From the NCBI GenBank assembly GCA_026770705.1, contig JANJGN010000017.1:43090001-43154000 (forward strand): DNA of 64,000 nucleotides, read 5' to 3'. The notes beneath the pieces were generated by a model that saw nothing but the letters and a program-made list of their open reading frames with translations, was not told where the DNA came from and ran no database searches. Shown piece after piece: positions 11,674 to 24,471 of this stretch; within the stretch, counting starts at the first letter, position 1, and each line of letters opens with the position of its first letter. The translations under genes and the position numbers were made by a program. This DNA is from Isurus oxyrinchus (Eukaryota).

Positions 11674-12608
11674 ATGGTGCCCATTTTTGTCTAACACGTG
11701 ATGTCTCACTTCGATCAACAGGAAACGACCACATCTCAGTATGAACGTTAAAAAGATAGACTTGGGTAAAGGGCTAGTTAATGTAACTGGATCCATTTTA
11801 TGAAGTACCTATCGGGGTAACCTTTAGATTGGAAGAGGGTACAAAGTTTGAAGTTTGCGAGTCCTTTTTTAGAACTACTTATTATTCTACTTTGCTTATT
11901 TTTTTCTGTGGCCACAAAGATGAAATGGCCTGAGAAAAATCTGGAAATAGTAATTGCTGTATCTAAATGGGGCTTGTGACCTGCAAGTGTCAATTCTGAA
12001 ATGTTTTCCTTACACTGAAAGTGACTGGTGGGTTGGAGTCTGGTTATATCTCTACAAATTTGATTGTCCATTTTTACACAATCTGCAAATCCCACTTTAA
12101 AGTCACCAGCTCCTTAGGACAGAATTTTCCCGTTGTTGTGCAGTGGGGGGGGGGGGGGAGGGGTGCGGGCCCCACCATGTCCACGTGTAAAATGACACAC
12201 GGTGCTGTGGGGCGAGCGTCCCGACATCACTACATGCCATCGCAATATTTAGTTGGATGATATTAATTAATTAATCATTAATTAACGGGCCACTCAAGGC
12301 CGTTGACTCACCAATCACCGCTGATTCTGCGGTGCCTGTGCAATCATCGGGTCGGTGCACAGGCGCAACGGGCAGGCAGATAGGACACACTTGTATAAAC
12401 CTCATCCACGGGTGGGATAAGAGGGCTCACTGGGGTCGCAAGTGTGCTCTGTCAAATATTGATTTGTCAAAGTTATTGAAACTTGCCTGTGTGATCTGCA
12501 ATACTTCAAAACGCATACCAGCTGCTTGGTCTGGACTCTTAACCTTCAGGTCAGCACTCTGCAGTGAGGAATCTTGCAGGTTTCAGGAAGCCTTCCCATA
12601 GCCTGGGA

Positions 12609-13836
12609 ATGGGAGCTGAACTCTCCACTGGAGGCACCTCCTCTGAGGAGGAAGGGAGGGCTAGAATGGGGAGGAGGCCAGGAGTGCACATTCAGCCTCC
12701 AGGTGAGCCACCTTTGAGAGGATAGGGGTAGGCACAAGGGGTGCAGGGCCAAGAGGTAGACCAAGTCAGAAGGGGCCACAGAAGACACCACTATCCTGCT
12801 GCCAGGGTATACAGGCAATGAAGCAGTTACCTCAATATGACTGAGGTGCAGTGCCCAAGGAGGCTCCAGCTCTCAAGGGAAACAGTCAACTATATCTTGT
12901 CAGATGATTGGGCCTGAGATCTCCTCTAGCTGTGTGGGTGGACACTCCATGCCAGTGGCTCTAAACGTCATAGCTGCCCTCAACTTCTATACCTCTGGCT
13001 CCTTCCAGGGGTCAATGTGTGATCTTTGCAGTGTCTCCCAATCAGCTGTCCACACTTGTGTCAAGCAGGTTACGGACGCTCTGTTTAGGCAATCATTGAC
13101 CTTCATCCACTCCCGTTGGAACAAGGCAAGCCAGACACAGTGAGCCAAAGGCTTCGCAATGATTGCTGGCTTCCCCCACATCCAGGGTGCAATAGGCTGC
13201 ACATATGTCATCAAGGCGCCAGCAGGTGAGCCCGCTGCCTTGGTCAACAGGAAGGGCTTCCACTCCCATGAACGTGCAGATAGTGTGTGATCACAGGATG
13301 CAGTTTCTACAAGTCTGTGCAAAGTACCTAGGCAGCTCCCACAATGCCTACATCCTCAGACACTCCTAGATGCTAGGGTTACTCAGTGCTCCAGCCCGAC
13401 TTGCTGGATGGCTGCTGGGTGACAAGGGCTATCCCGTCAGAAGGTGGCTCATGACACCTCTCCACCATCCAAGAACAGAAGCTGAGCAGCGGAACGATAG
13501 GAGCCACTCCTCCACAAGGGCTGTGGTAGAAAGAACCATCGGTCTCCTCTAGATGCGCTTCCGATACCTGGACCACTCAGGGGGTGCACTCCAGTACCCC
13601 CCAGATCATGTGTCAGTGATAGTGGTTGCGTGCTGCACTCTCCACAATCTTGCGCTGGAAAGGGGGAACGCAGTGGACAATGAAGACATTGTCAGCGGCT
13701 GTACATGATGAGTCCAGCAGTGAGTCCGAGGATGAGTAGGCACAGGGAAATGCTGAGGGGGGTAAATGCTGACCTGGGCATACTGCAGGGAGGCAGGGAT
13801 ACCCGAGAGGCTTTAATCCAATGAACATTCAGCTAG
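12609..13836 (+). pseudogene. Harbinger DDE transposase with stops and frameshifts
   Basis: MPVALNVIAALNFYTSGSFQ, IQGAIGCT, NRKGFHS, WLLGDKGYP, RAVVERTIGLL, ACCTLHNL. Confidence 0.92.
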
Positions 13837-14160
13837 CACGCCACAGATGGACTTCCAGGACAAGCCTGGGCTGCAGGCTCCATACTCGATACCTAAGTGC
13901 CAAGTCTGCCAGATTAGGAACAGTAACTTAGAGCCTTGGTAATAAAGCTGAATGTCCCACAAAGCACACCTAATATTTTTGAAAACCATATACATGCAGA
14001 AGAAAAGAGGCACCCTCAGCCATGGTTACGTCTAAATTTAATAGCACAAGCAAAGAAACTTAAGCCAAAAAAAATGACAATAGTGTTCCAATTCAAAGCA
14101 AATCATAAAGACCTCATTTTGGGCCAACACAAAAGCACCAGTGATAAACACATGGTGTGC

Positions 14161-16427
14161 CTAAGGCACTTTACGTTTCCGTTTCCGGGTGCTGTGTCTT
14201 GGTGCTGCCCCATCACTGGGAGTGGCATCTGAGGCATACTTCTGGCTCTGCTGTCCTGTTGACCTCGATGATCTTGGCGGTCATGCTCTGGCCCATGGAG
14301 TCTGTGCTGGCCCCGCCTGGAAGGGATCTGCCAGTTCCACAGCTGGCATCTTCCCAGTCATCGCAGACTCACCGGATACTATGGTGACTGGGAGAGGGGC
14401 AGAGGAGCTGCCGCCCTCATCTGGAGTGCCCTGAGAAGTGCCTGCAGAGAAGACAGGCAGCTGCTGTGCCGGCATGAGATCGCTTCGGATCTCCCTGTTC
14501 ACTGTGGATGGATGGGCACTGAGCTGGGAAACTTGGTGCCAAGACCATCTCCCACACTGGCACTGACCAGCTGAGGTCAATGCCAATGTGAGGGTTTGCT
14601 GGTCAGAGCACATCCCCAGGAAGCTCTGATGGGTCTCCTGGAGGAGCCTCTCCACGAGAGTTGCCACTCTCTCCATGGAGGATGCATGGCGCTCAGGCAT
14701 GTGGCTCATTGCTTTGGTGATCGTCCGTGTGGACTCCTGCACTACGGAGACCAAGCCAAGCATAGCCTCATGTAACTCCCCCAGATGCTCCTGCATTTGG
14801 CCGCATTTCATGACCTTGCTGCATCGCAGATGACTCCTCAGCACATCATCAGGCACCGACTGAGCATGTGCCTGGTCCCCTGCAGTCCTCCGACTGCTAG
14901 CGCCATGGGTACTCTCTGTCTCTGCCAGCTCCTCCAGCGATTGTGAAGTGCCCTCACCAATGTGCCCCAGGACACTAGCCAATGTTTTAACTCCCACCAA
15001 GGTGCTAGTATCTGCGCTGGTGCCTGCCTGGCAGAGATTGTGTGACGCTGGTAAGACTTCAGAGCCCTCAGGTGTGAGAGGGGACCTCTGCTGTTCCTCC
15101 TCCCGGCCCTGCTCCACTGATGCTGAAAGGTAGGACAAGGACAGTGGATCAGTTAACGTGGAGACAATGACAAAGTGCATCCCAGTACCCTGGATCATTA
15201 TGCGCTCATCCTTCTATAAGCAATGGTCAAGCCATGTTGCAAAATTAAATCACTTAACATTCAGCAGTGCTATGGCTGTTGGGAGAACAATTCTGACCTC
15301 ACTGCAGGGCATACATACCTGGCCGTGGCACCCCAGCCTCACCGACACCAGTAGACCTGGGCGCATGGCACCTCTCCAAATCCAGGGCCTCCTGCTCAAA
15401 CGGGCTGAGAATGGCGATCTGCGCCTGGCCACCGTCAGTCCTCACACAGTCTGCTGCATTATAAGCATTCTTCTCCTGAAAATGAGAGAAGAGCATTGAT
15501 TTGTGCAAATTGTACATGGACTCTCTTCACGCACAGGCCACACCAACCGGAGTGGGACATATCAGGGCTACAGTGTCTCCTCACCCCACTACTGCCGAAC
15601 ACTCACACAAAGATGCTAGGCCTGCTCCACACCCACCACCCCCCCACCCGCCCCGCCGCTTGGCCACATGCTGCCTACATCACATTAGGCACCACATGGT
15701 ATATGCTTCCATAGCAAGGAGGCACAAGCACATGGAGCGCATGGTTTGTTGCCATGCCACCTTAAAGCTCCCCTCCCACCATGTCATCACCCTGACTTGG
15801 ACATGTCCTGCAGTTCAAGCACAGTGTCTTGGTGCAGCTCCTCCAGGTTGCCCCCAAACCAGTCCAGTCATGTGGGTCTCAGTGTACCACATGCTGCGGG
15901 CACAGAACCCATCTGTTCACCACCCTCTCAGGCTGACCTCAGCGTGGGCAATATCTGCTGGCCCACCCAGCAAAGGACACATGCCGTCAATGATTCAATG
16001 CAGTCACTACTCTCAGACTTGTGGGGGGAGAGCAACAGGGGAGAAAGCTGACCTGCTGGATTAAGTGACCAATGCTAACGTTGTCCTCACCCTTCCAGAG
16101 CACAACAAGTTGGTGAAGCGCTTGTGACACTTGATCCAGGTGTGCTGCACCACGTTGCAGGAGCTCACCACCTCAGCCACCTCCTCCCAGACACGTTTTG
16201 TCATTTGAGGGAGCCTCCTTCTCCCATCCTGGGGAACCAGCACCTCACACCATGCTGCCACCTCCACGAGGAGGGCAGCAAGGCAGTTATTCTAAAAACG
16301 AGGGGCACACTGCACCATCCCCCCCCCCAACCCCCACCCTACCCTCCTGCCTGGCCTGCCCTAATAGCCTACCTTCCGGACTTGCATAACCTCCACTGCC
16401 CCTCTGCAGAGCCCTTCGCCCAGCCAT
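14161..16427 (-). pseudogene. Harbinger Myb/SANT-like DNA-binding protein, 3 exons (16427-16091, 15475-15319, 15122-14161)
   Basis: KRVWEEVAEVVSSCNVVQHTWIKCHKRFTNLL trihelix/Myb motif. Canonical splice sites AGG/gtgagg, ttttcag/GAG, CAG/gtatgt and ctttcag/CA. The 305-aa ORF corresponds to exon 3. Confidence 0.85.
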
Positions 16428-17494
16428 TGCGAGTAGCCTTTTCAAGGCTGCTAGGTCTTCCTTTATACAGGCCTCTGGGTCGCCATTGGACCTGATGGGC
16501 TGAGCACGCCCGCCGCCGCCCACCCACTCCCGCTATGCATGGGAGTCGTGAAGTACGCTGGGCAGGCCTTAATTGGCCCACCCATGTAAAATGGCTGCGC
16601 AGACCCAATCGCGAGCGGCGATTGGGTCTACGCTCGGTCCCGCTCTGCACCCCCCACCCCCCCGCCATCCAGAAAATTCTTCCCTTAATGCATTATTAAT
16701 AGAGCAGCAGCTCTCGCGCCCATATCTTTGTACATCACCATCTTACTTTACTTCCTCAAAAATGTACACAGGTAGGTTTTCTCATAAGCATTGGATTGCT
16801 GTCATTGGGATATATTAGCATAAAAACTGTAGGCTAACAGTACTGATACTGTCAGGAACAGATAAAAGCATCCCTGAGGCTGGAATGCTCACTAAGGTGT
16901 GTGCAGTAAGCATCTGATGGACAGGGACCAGGATCGGATTACCAGTCTGCCTGACATGATGCATGGTCAGTGGGCTGTAAAGGCACCAGGCTAACTTACT
17001 CCAGCCATGATTCTGCTACAGGGTATTAGCACTGCTACAAGGGGTGAAAATGCACTTCATCTTGAAACCAGAAACCAATCTAATGGTTATAAATGTGTTT
17101 CAGAGATAAAAGAGTCTTCACAAATGTACTTTTCTTGTTCTGTAATCTTACATCAGCTTTTGGTACCTTGGAAGTGATGTCGCATTACTTTTCCTTGGCA
17201 AAGAATAGTTGCATTTTATGTGAAAATATGCCAATGATTGTTTCAAATCCATTGGAATTTTAATCTGAAATAGCGGGCAACTAGTTGTAACCTGGGATTC
17301 ATTTTATGTTGTAACCGATGCATGCAATCTCTAATGGACATCACAGAATTCTGAGATTAAATTAGATTGTTTAATCCTTCACATTTTTGGACTTCCTACC
17401 TCAGGTCTATTTTTTTTTACAATGTAGAGTATTTTTTAGTATCTACAGTTAAAAATAAAACTAAAACAATTTTTGCAAGTGGCCTGTAAGTTAA

Positions 17495-17730
17495 TGATGG
17501 TAGCATAGTGGTAATGTCACTGGACTAGCAATCCCCAGGCTAATGCTTTGGAGGTATAGATTCAAATCCCACCATGGCAGCTGGTGGAATTTAATTAATA
17601 AATCTGGAATATAAAACTAGTCTCAGTAATTGTGACCATGACAGCTGTCATTAATTGTTATAAAAATCAAGGGTCGCTAATGTCCTTCCTCACCTGATCT
17701 GGCCTACATGTGACTCCAGTCCCATAGAAA
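17495..17730 (+). mobile_element. HE1-type SINE, 3'-truncated and degenerate
   Basis: A box TAGCATAGTGG, B box GATTCAAATCCC, core homologous to the other HE1 copies. Confidence 0.75.
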
Positions 17731-18321
17731 TATATTAATGAGCGAGATTGGCTGGTTAGCCATCAACAATGCCCTGCATGGCAATGTTATCTCCAAGAGA
17801 ATGAGTTCTGTGAATCATTCAGCTGCAATTAAACTAATCTTGAAGTACGTATCCAGGATAACCTTCAAGATTTAGTCACGTTCTCTCATAAATTCCATCT
17901 TCTGTGCAAAGTTGAAATCTGGACAAAAATTCTTGAAAAGAAAGCAAATGGAAATGGTATTCCCATGAGTCTTGTGAAGTTCTATAAGGTATAAAAGAGT
18001 AAAGTCCATCTTATTCACTTTACAGGCTTCCAAAACTTTCAATATGCATGATGCATCAACCAGAAGAAGGACCTTAAAACCCATTGATATCTGCAAGATA
18101 TGTCTATTGTTTTTATTCTTACTGTAACCTTTTTGTTTGTACATTGGAGTCACAGAGGTGATTCCACAATCCTTTGCTCCAAGCTGGAAAGCAGTAATTA
18201 GAAGAGTGAAGATTGTGGATTGGGTTACAATATTCTTTGACTACATCCTCCACTAATCTCTGTGAACACAGCATTCTGCTGGAAGACAGGAGCACAGAAT
18301 ACTCCTCATACGCAAGGACTT

Positions 18322-18425
18322 AGGAGGTGTTGTGGTGTAGTGGGTAGCATTACTGTCTCTGTGTTAGAAACTTCAGGTTCAAGTCCCCTTCCAGGATTTG
18401 ATGGTCAAGGAAGGTGTGTTCATAA
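18322..18425 (+). mobile_element. tRNA-derived SINE head of a different family
   Basis: A box TGGTGTAGTGG and B box GGTTCAAGTCC at tRNA-like spacing; no complete cloverleaf. Confidence 0.55.
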
Positions 18426-20004
18426 TGATAAATTCATAAAGATCTTAAGGAGCTATTCCTTAGTCTCCAAAGGTCTCTATTATTCCTGGTACTAATCTCT
18501 AAGGCCATTTCTGCCTCCTTTATTACTAACAACATTGTTTAGGAATTTGGCATGACTACTATCTCTGCCAGACACCTTACCATTAGATAGATGAAGCAGT
18601 TCAGAATCCACCTCTTTCCTGCAAACTGGTCCATTAAGGCTTTCTAATTGTGCAGCACATACAATGAGTTTTTCAACTTTCTTTGCGAATGTTCCCTTAC
18701 TACAACATCAATATAATAATAACGCTTGATCTAAGAATGCCTTTCTGAGTTTGTTGTTGCAGTTTGAGCCTTGGTTATTCAAAGCCGTTACGTTGAATCT
18801 TCACTCTAATCTTGACCAGGATTGCTTAATGTCTGTAAGCAGAAACCAGTTTTCCTGGAAGGCTCCATTACATTTCTGAATGGCAGTGTATTTGTTTCAA
18901 TCAGTTTAATCACAATGCCTAATTAGTCTTTAACTGATAATCTGCTGTCCGACTATGAGCTGGCTTATAGCTGGTGGGAATATGTTTGCCCGGCAGTTTT
19001 AGTTAAAAAGGTAAGTACTGGTCAGACTCTTTTTAATTCATTCGTCCATGACAGAAATGGAAGGAGATCCTTCCCATTGAAGACGGATTTTCTGATGGCC
19101 TGAAGCAACAATGTGATCAAAAAGAAAGCAATTGTGTTTCCTTTGCATTTAACTTCAGTGTTCAGCTCAGAAAAGGTTTGTTGATGCACTATCAGCCACG
19201 AAAAGCTTAACATCAATTATTGTTTACTGCCTCCACAAGTATTAGAAATTAATTACCTGAGGTCGCCAAATACAGGATATTTTTGGACAAAGGACCATTT
19301 TATGAAAGTGGCAAGCTAATTTCTGTATTTTCTTTGGTTCTATAAGTGCTGTGATACACAATGCGATTAATTTCAATTACAATAATTCTGAGTGTTATGT
19401 CATATAACACTAATATAATTTCAACAAAAGGCATAAAACAAAGTAAGCCATTTGTGTTTATTAATTATTATGTTAAAATTTAAAATAATTGGATATGAGT
19501 AACAGTGCAACTGAATATCTGCTGATTAATTAGTAATTGGACAGCTTTGAACTCAACTCTGACCTCACTCGTGATAAAATAGGCTCGGAAGAAGAACAAC
19601 CACATCAAGGAGGTGCAGGAGGGCTGCTGGCACATGTGCCACTTACTGCAGCAACAATTGGTACTTTCAGGAGAAGAATGGAGAAAATTCCAAGGGGGTG
19701 AAGAATAAATACAATAGTTGCCACATAATTTCTGATCTGACTAAAAGAAAATTACATTATCCTCAATAACACCTTTTCCTTGCATTAAAGGCATAGTCCT
19801 CAGCAAGAAAGCATATTCAAATTAGCTCAAAGTTTTTATCAAAATGTTGAAAATCAAGACCAGATTTCCAGCTGTAGCTTAGTTGGAACTTCAGAATAAC
19901 CTTGATGGAGTCTGCACAAAATTCTTCTGGAACCACTCCAACTACTTCTCACATGTCCCTACCATTTCCAATACATTCGACTGGAAGTGATGATATTATT
20001 TTAA

Positions 20005-23000
20005 TTAGCTATCCCTCACTAGCGAGGATGATTGTCTTCCATGGCCAGGATTTTCATGTGGTCGGGCGGGCTCAGCGGGCAGGCCAAGGAGTTGTCGGGA
20101 AACCGACCACTGCCTGCAATCGGGCTCCGACCTGGATTTCACGCTGGCTGGCCAATTAACGCTGCCGGGGTGGGGGGGGGCGGGAGTAGCGCGAGTGCTG
20201 AAGTTCGCGGATGTGCGTAGTAAAAGCTCCCTGAGGCACAAGATTTTTTAAATTAAAAAACTTAAGCAATGTTAAAAACATGTCCCCTCATGTGACTCTG
20301 TCACATGAACAGAGACATGTTATGAATTAAATTTAAAAATTTTAATTTAATTTTTATTTGCTGTTGGAAACCTCATCCCGTCCATGGATGAGGTTTCCTA
20401 AAGAATCCAAAAGCCGCTTGGCCTTTTCGCCTGCCCACCAACCATAAGGTTGGATGGGCGGTGAAAGTTTCATTTAATCATTACATTAATGGCCTTAATA
20501 GACCTGTTAATTGTCAGCGACTTCTGTGCTCACCCGCCGACCAAAGTATCGCGGGACTGAGTGATGATGTCGGAACACTTGCCCAATGTCATCGCGCGTC
20601 ATTTTACGCTCATTCTGGTTGGGCGTACACCCGCCCGATGAGCGCAATATTCTGCCTATGCGTCCAAAGATGATTGATGAGGCCAATTTGGGATCTGCAG
20701 ACTTTAAGGCATGTAGGACATTTGTTGTAACTTGGATGTCTGGTTGTGTGTTATCAGCTGGGGTGATGGCGTGTTCTTATCACCACTTTTGTTTTCCCTG
20801 TTCATTTTCTCACCTTTGGGTCTCAAAATGCTGGAATCCTTCCCACAGACACTGCTGCCATCTGGTACAATTGAAGGCAATGATCTTCCAGGAGTTGATG
20901 TCAATGTTGTATTTCTTCATGTTAGTTTTCAGCAAATCCTGAAGCCCTTCTGTCCTGATTGAGCTGGGAGAAAAAGACCTACTTTGGGAACCTGGTATCT
21001 GAGATCTGAATTATATGACCAACCCAACAAAGCTGATGGCGGATGCTTATTGTGTCTGCTTGTGGGAGGACACTGATGTTGGTATGCCTGCCCTACTACT
21101 TAATATGTAAGATCTTCCACAGGCAGCATTAATGGTATGACTCCAGCGCTTTGAGGTGCCTCCTATACATTATCCATATTTCAGCCCCATACAGTAAGGT
21201 AGGGACCTCGACCACAGGGTAGACCATGAGCTTGGTTTTAGTTTTGATGTCGCAATCTTCAAATGCTCACTTCCTCAGGTGGCCTAAGGCTGCACCAGCA
21301 TATTTCAGGTGATACTTAATTTCTTCATCAATGTCAGCCTTTTGTGAAAGATAACTTCCAAGGTACTGGAAGTGTTCCACATTTCCTAGGCAATCATCAT
21401 GAATTCTAATCAATGGGGTTGAGGCGTGTGCATTTGGAGCTTGCTGATGGAGGATTTTTGTTGCGTGTAGGTCCCATCTTCTCATATGCTTCAGTAAATC
21501 TGTTGACAATTCTGTGGAGATCCGTTTCTGACACAGCACTTACTGCAGCACATCAGCATATTGAAGCTTAATGAGGTCGGGGTTTTTGACTGGAGCCATC
21601 TGAGATTAAATTGTTGACTCTCCATTCAATGAGTAAGCTGCACTTGAGCAGAAAGCCTGTCTCTAATCAGATGGAACGTGGCAACAAGGAAGATCAAAAA
21701 AAGAGTTGATGCGATTACACAACCTTGTTTTACTCCTGTCTTAACCTCAGATGTGGCTGTAATGGATCTGTTGTTGAGGATCACCACTCAAATCATCATG
21801 ACGCAGACAAAAGATGGTAACAAATTTTGGAGGACATCCATATTTCAGCAGAATCTTCCAGAATGCCTCACGATTTCTAGAGTCGAAGGCTTTTGTCAAG
21901 TCAAAGAACATTATGTGGAGAAGTTGATTTTGTTCGCAACATTTTCCTTGTAGCTGGCAAAATGTAAAAATCATGTTGGCCATGCCTCTTGATAGCTTAA
22001 ATCCACACCGTGATTCAGGGAGTAATTCTCCAGGAAGTGTAATAAGTTGATTCAGAGGGTTCTTTAATGATCTATCCTGCAATGGGAAGCAGGGAGCTGC
22101 CTCTATAATTTCCACTGTTGGATTTTCCCCCCTTACTGAAGATTGGCCCAATCAATGGGTGTCCTTCAGGTCATTCAGGACTTCTTCTTCATTCCCAACC
22201 TGTAGGGTAAGGACATGGAGCAGTCATGTTAGTTCCTCACCTCCGTGATTAAATATTTCAGCAGGGATTCCACCACCTCACGTTGCTTTGTCATTCTTCA
22301 ATTGTGTGATGGCTTTCATCACCTTCATAGGCATTGGAAGAGTTCCAAGCCCATCTCTAATTGGGTGTTGCAGAATCAACAATTGATTCTTGATTGAAAA
22401 GGTCTTCAAAATGCTCCCTCCAATGGGCATTGACAGCTTTCCTTTCCTTGATAAGATCTTCCCCATTCTTAGGCCTCAGAAAAGCTGGTTCTTAAGTACT
22501 TGGGCTATAAATGGTCTTTGTGGCAGTGAAGAAGCCACGGATATCATTCATATCAGCAAGATGTTGAATTTCCTTTGCCTTGTCTGCCCACCATATGTTC
22601 TTCATGTTGTGAGTGCACCTTTGTACGTCAGCATTTGCTTGTTGGTAAGCCAGTTTCTTTTGCTTTGAATTTAGATCATTCCACCAGGTGCAGAAAGTCT
22701 TGCACTTGCGATCAATCAGTTCATTGATATCCTGATCATTTTCATCAAATCAATCCTAATGTTTCCAGACAGAAAATCCAAGTGTCACTTTACAGGCATT
22801 GATGATATCGGCCTTAAGAACATCCCAAGCACTCTTCTTCTGTTCTTGATGGAAGTTTGAAAGTTTTTCCAAAAGACATTGTTGAAATCGGTCTCTTTTC
22901 ACTGGATCCTCAGAGCTTCGATGTTGATCTTTCATGGATATTTCTTCTGTTGCACCCATCATGTGGGAGCCAGTTTGATGGACATAATTGAATGGATAAG

Positions 23001-24470
23001 TTGGTGATCGGTCCAGCAGTCAACAGCTGCTGCCATTGCTCTAGTGGTGTGGACATCTTTGCGATTCTGGGCACAGTCAATGATGTAATCGATCAGGTGC
23101 CAGTGCTTGGACCTTGGGTGTTGCCATGACATTTTCTATTTGTTCTTCTGGTGGAACATGGTATTAGTGATGATAAACCCAAGCTTTGCACATTTGGTAA
23201 GGACATTTTCAACTCCTTCCCAATTGTTCCATTCCAGAAATTGGAATCTCTTCCAACTCTGGCAATGAAGTCTCCTGAGAAGAATAAGCCTGTCCCCTTT
23301 CAGAACCCCACAGAGAATTTGGTCAAGTTTGGCATAGAAATCTTCCTTGGTTTCATTGTCGGCGTCCAATGTTGGGGCATATACACTGACCATGGTGGCA
23401 AATTAGCTCCTTGCCAGTTTGCGATGAAGAGTCATGAGGTGGTAATTTCTGGCAAGAGGGAACTCATGAAGCTGGTTCACAAGTTCATTCTTGATGGCAA
23501 ATCCAAATGCATGAAATCTGCATTCTTTTTCTGATTTCCATTTCCAGAAGAAAGCTTAGCCACCTTGGAGTTCCTTAAGTTTCCCCTCTCCAGCTCGCTG
23601 GGTCTTATTCAGAGTGGTGATGTTGATGTCATATTGCTGGAGGTCTCGGGCAATAAACACAGTGTGACACTCTGGGCGTTCACTAATGGGTGTGTCCATG
23701 ATGTTCCAGGTCTCAAACTTGACTACTTGTGGCTTTTATGTGTTTCTAATGCAGAAGGTAATCCCTCTGGATGCAGCTATCCAATCGAGAAAGCTGGGAC
23801 AGACTATGTTTACAGCACCTTTTTTAGCCCCCTCCCCAATAAGAGGTGAGCAGAGTGAATCCTAAAGAAGTCTACTCAGTCGCAGTTACAGCTGCGAAAA
23901 GATATCTCTACCTCATCCAAGTGCTAACTGACCATCTTGTAACCGCCTCTTCTTTGTCAGATCATGACTAGAAGCTTCCAGACAACATAATCCGGCTCCC
24001 ATCGCCATTTGCTGGTTGTTGAAGGGCTTGGGAGATGTGTTCAGAAAGAATGATGCCTGTGCATGACATCTTTTAGCATGTAGTAAACATTGCACAATAG
24101 CTTCCATACATGTCTTGACAAAACAAAACCTTGATTCAATGACAAGGAAACTAAGATGAATGGAAGTTCCATTCTGCTGCAGCCTTCACCTGTCAAAACA
24201 GCCATTGAGATTTTCGAGACGGTCGCTCTTCCTGCATCAGTTGTTGAGGACTTGTTTGCCGGAACCACATCAGCTGAGTATTTCTAGGGTTCCTAAACTG
24301 GCCTTCATGGTAACCGAAGTGGTCCAGGACATAAGGAGTCCCACGTACTTCACCCTTTTCTCATCAACCCTTTCTTACTCATTGCCCAGGTTCCACAGCA
24401 AGGATGAGGGGGGTCAACTTTGGAACGCGGGTGATGCTAGGTGTACATATCAAATGGCCAACCAAATAAG
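20005..24470 (-). mobile_element. Near full-length decayed RTE-clade LINE (APE + RT), 3' end interrupted by a MITE
   Basis: APE motifs VSVYAPTLDADNETKEDFY and SKHWHLIDY. RT motifs LPESRCGF..RGMANMIF..QLQGKC.EQNQ..FFDLTKAFD, GVKQGCVIA, LQYAD and FQYLGSYLS. Many stops and frameshifts. Confidence 0.88.
20043..20657. mobile_element. Harbinger MITE (subfamily A) inserted in the RTE 3' end
   Basis: TIRs GGCCAGGATTTT / AATATTCTGCC; CAT/TAT-like flanks; internal palindromes GGAAACCTCATCC..GGATGAGGTTTCC and CATGTGAC..GTCACATG. Confidence 0.85.
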
Positions 24471-24471
24471 T

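Larger units (their letters stand above)
12117..16684. mobile_element. Full-length (4568 bp) decayed PIF/Harbinger transposon copy 2
   Basis: TIRs GGACAGAATTTT / AAAATTCTTCCC, perfect TTA TSD (12114-12116 and 16685-16687), convergent transposase and Myb/SANT genes. Confidence 0.93.

Noticed and set aside
14281-15198. 305-aa ORF as a host gene
   Set aside because: It is exon 3 of the transposon Myb gene read from intronic sequence.
17857-18153. Open frames on both strands as possible exons
   Set aside because: No recognisable domain and only weak splice support.
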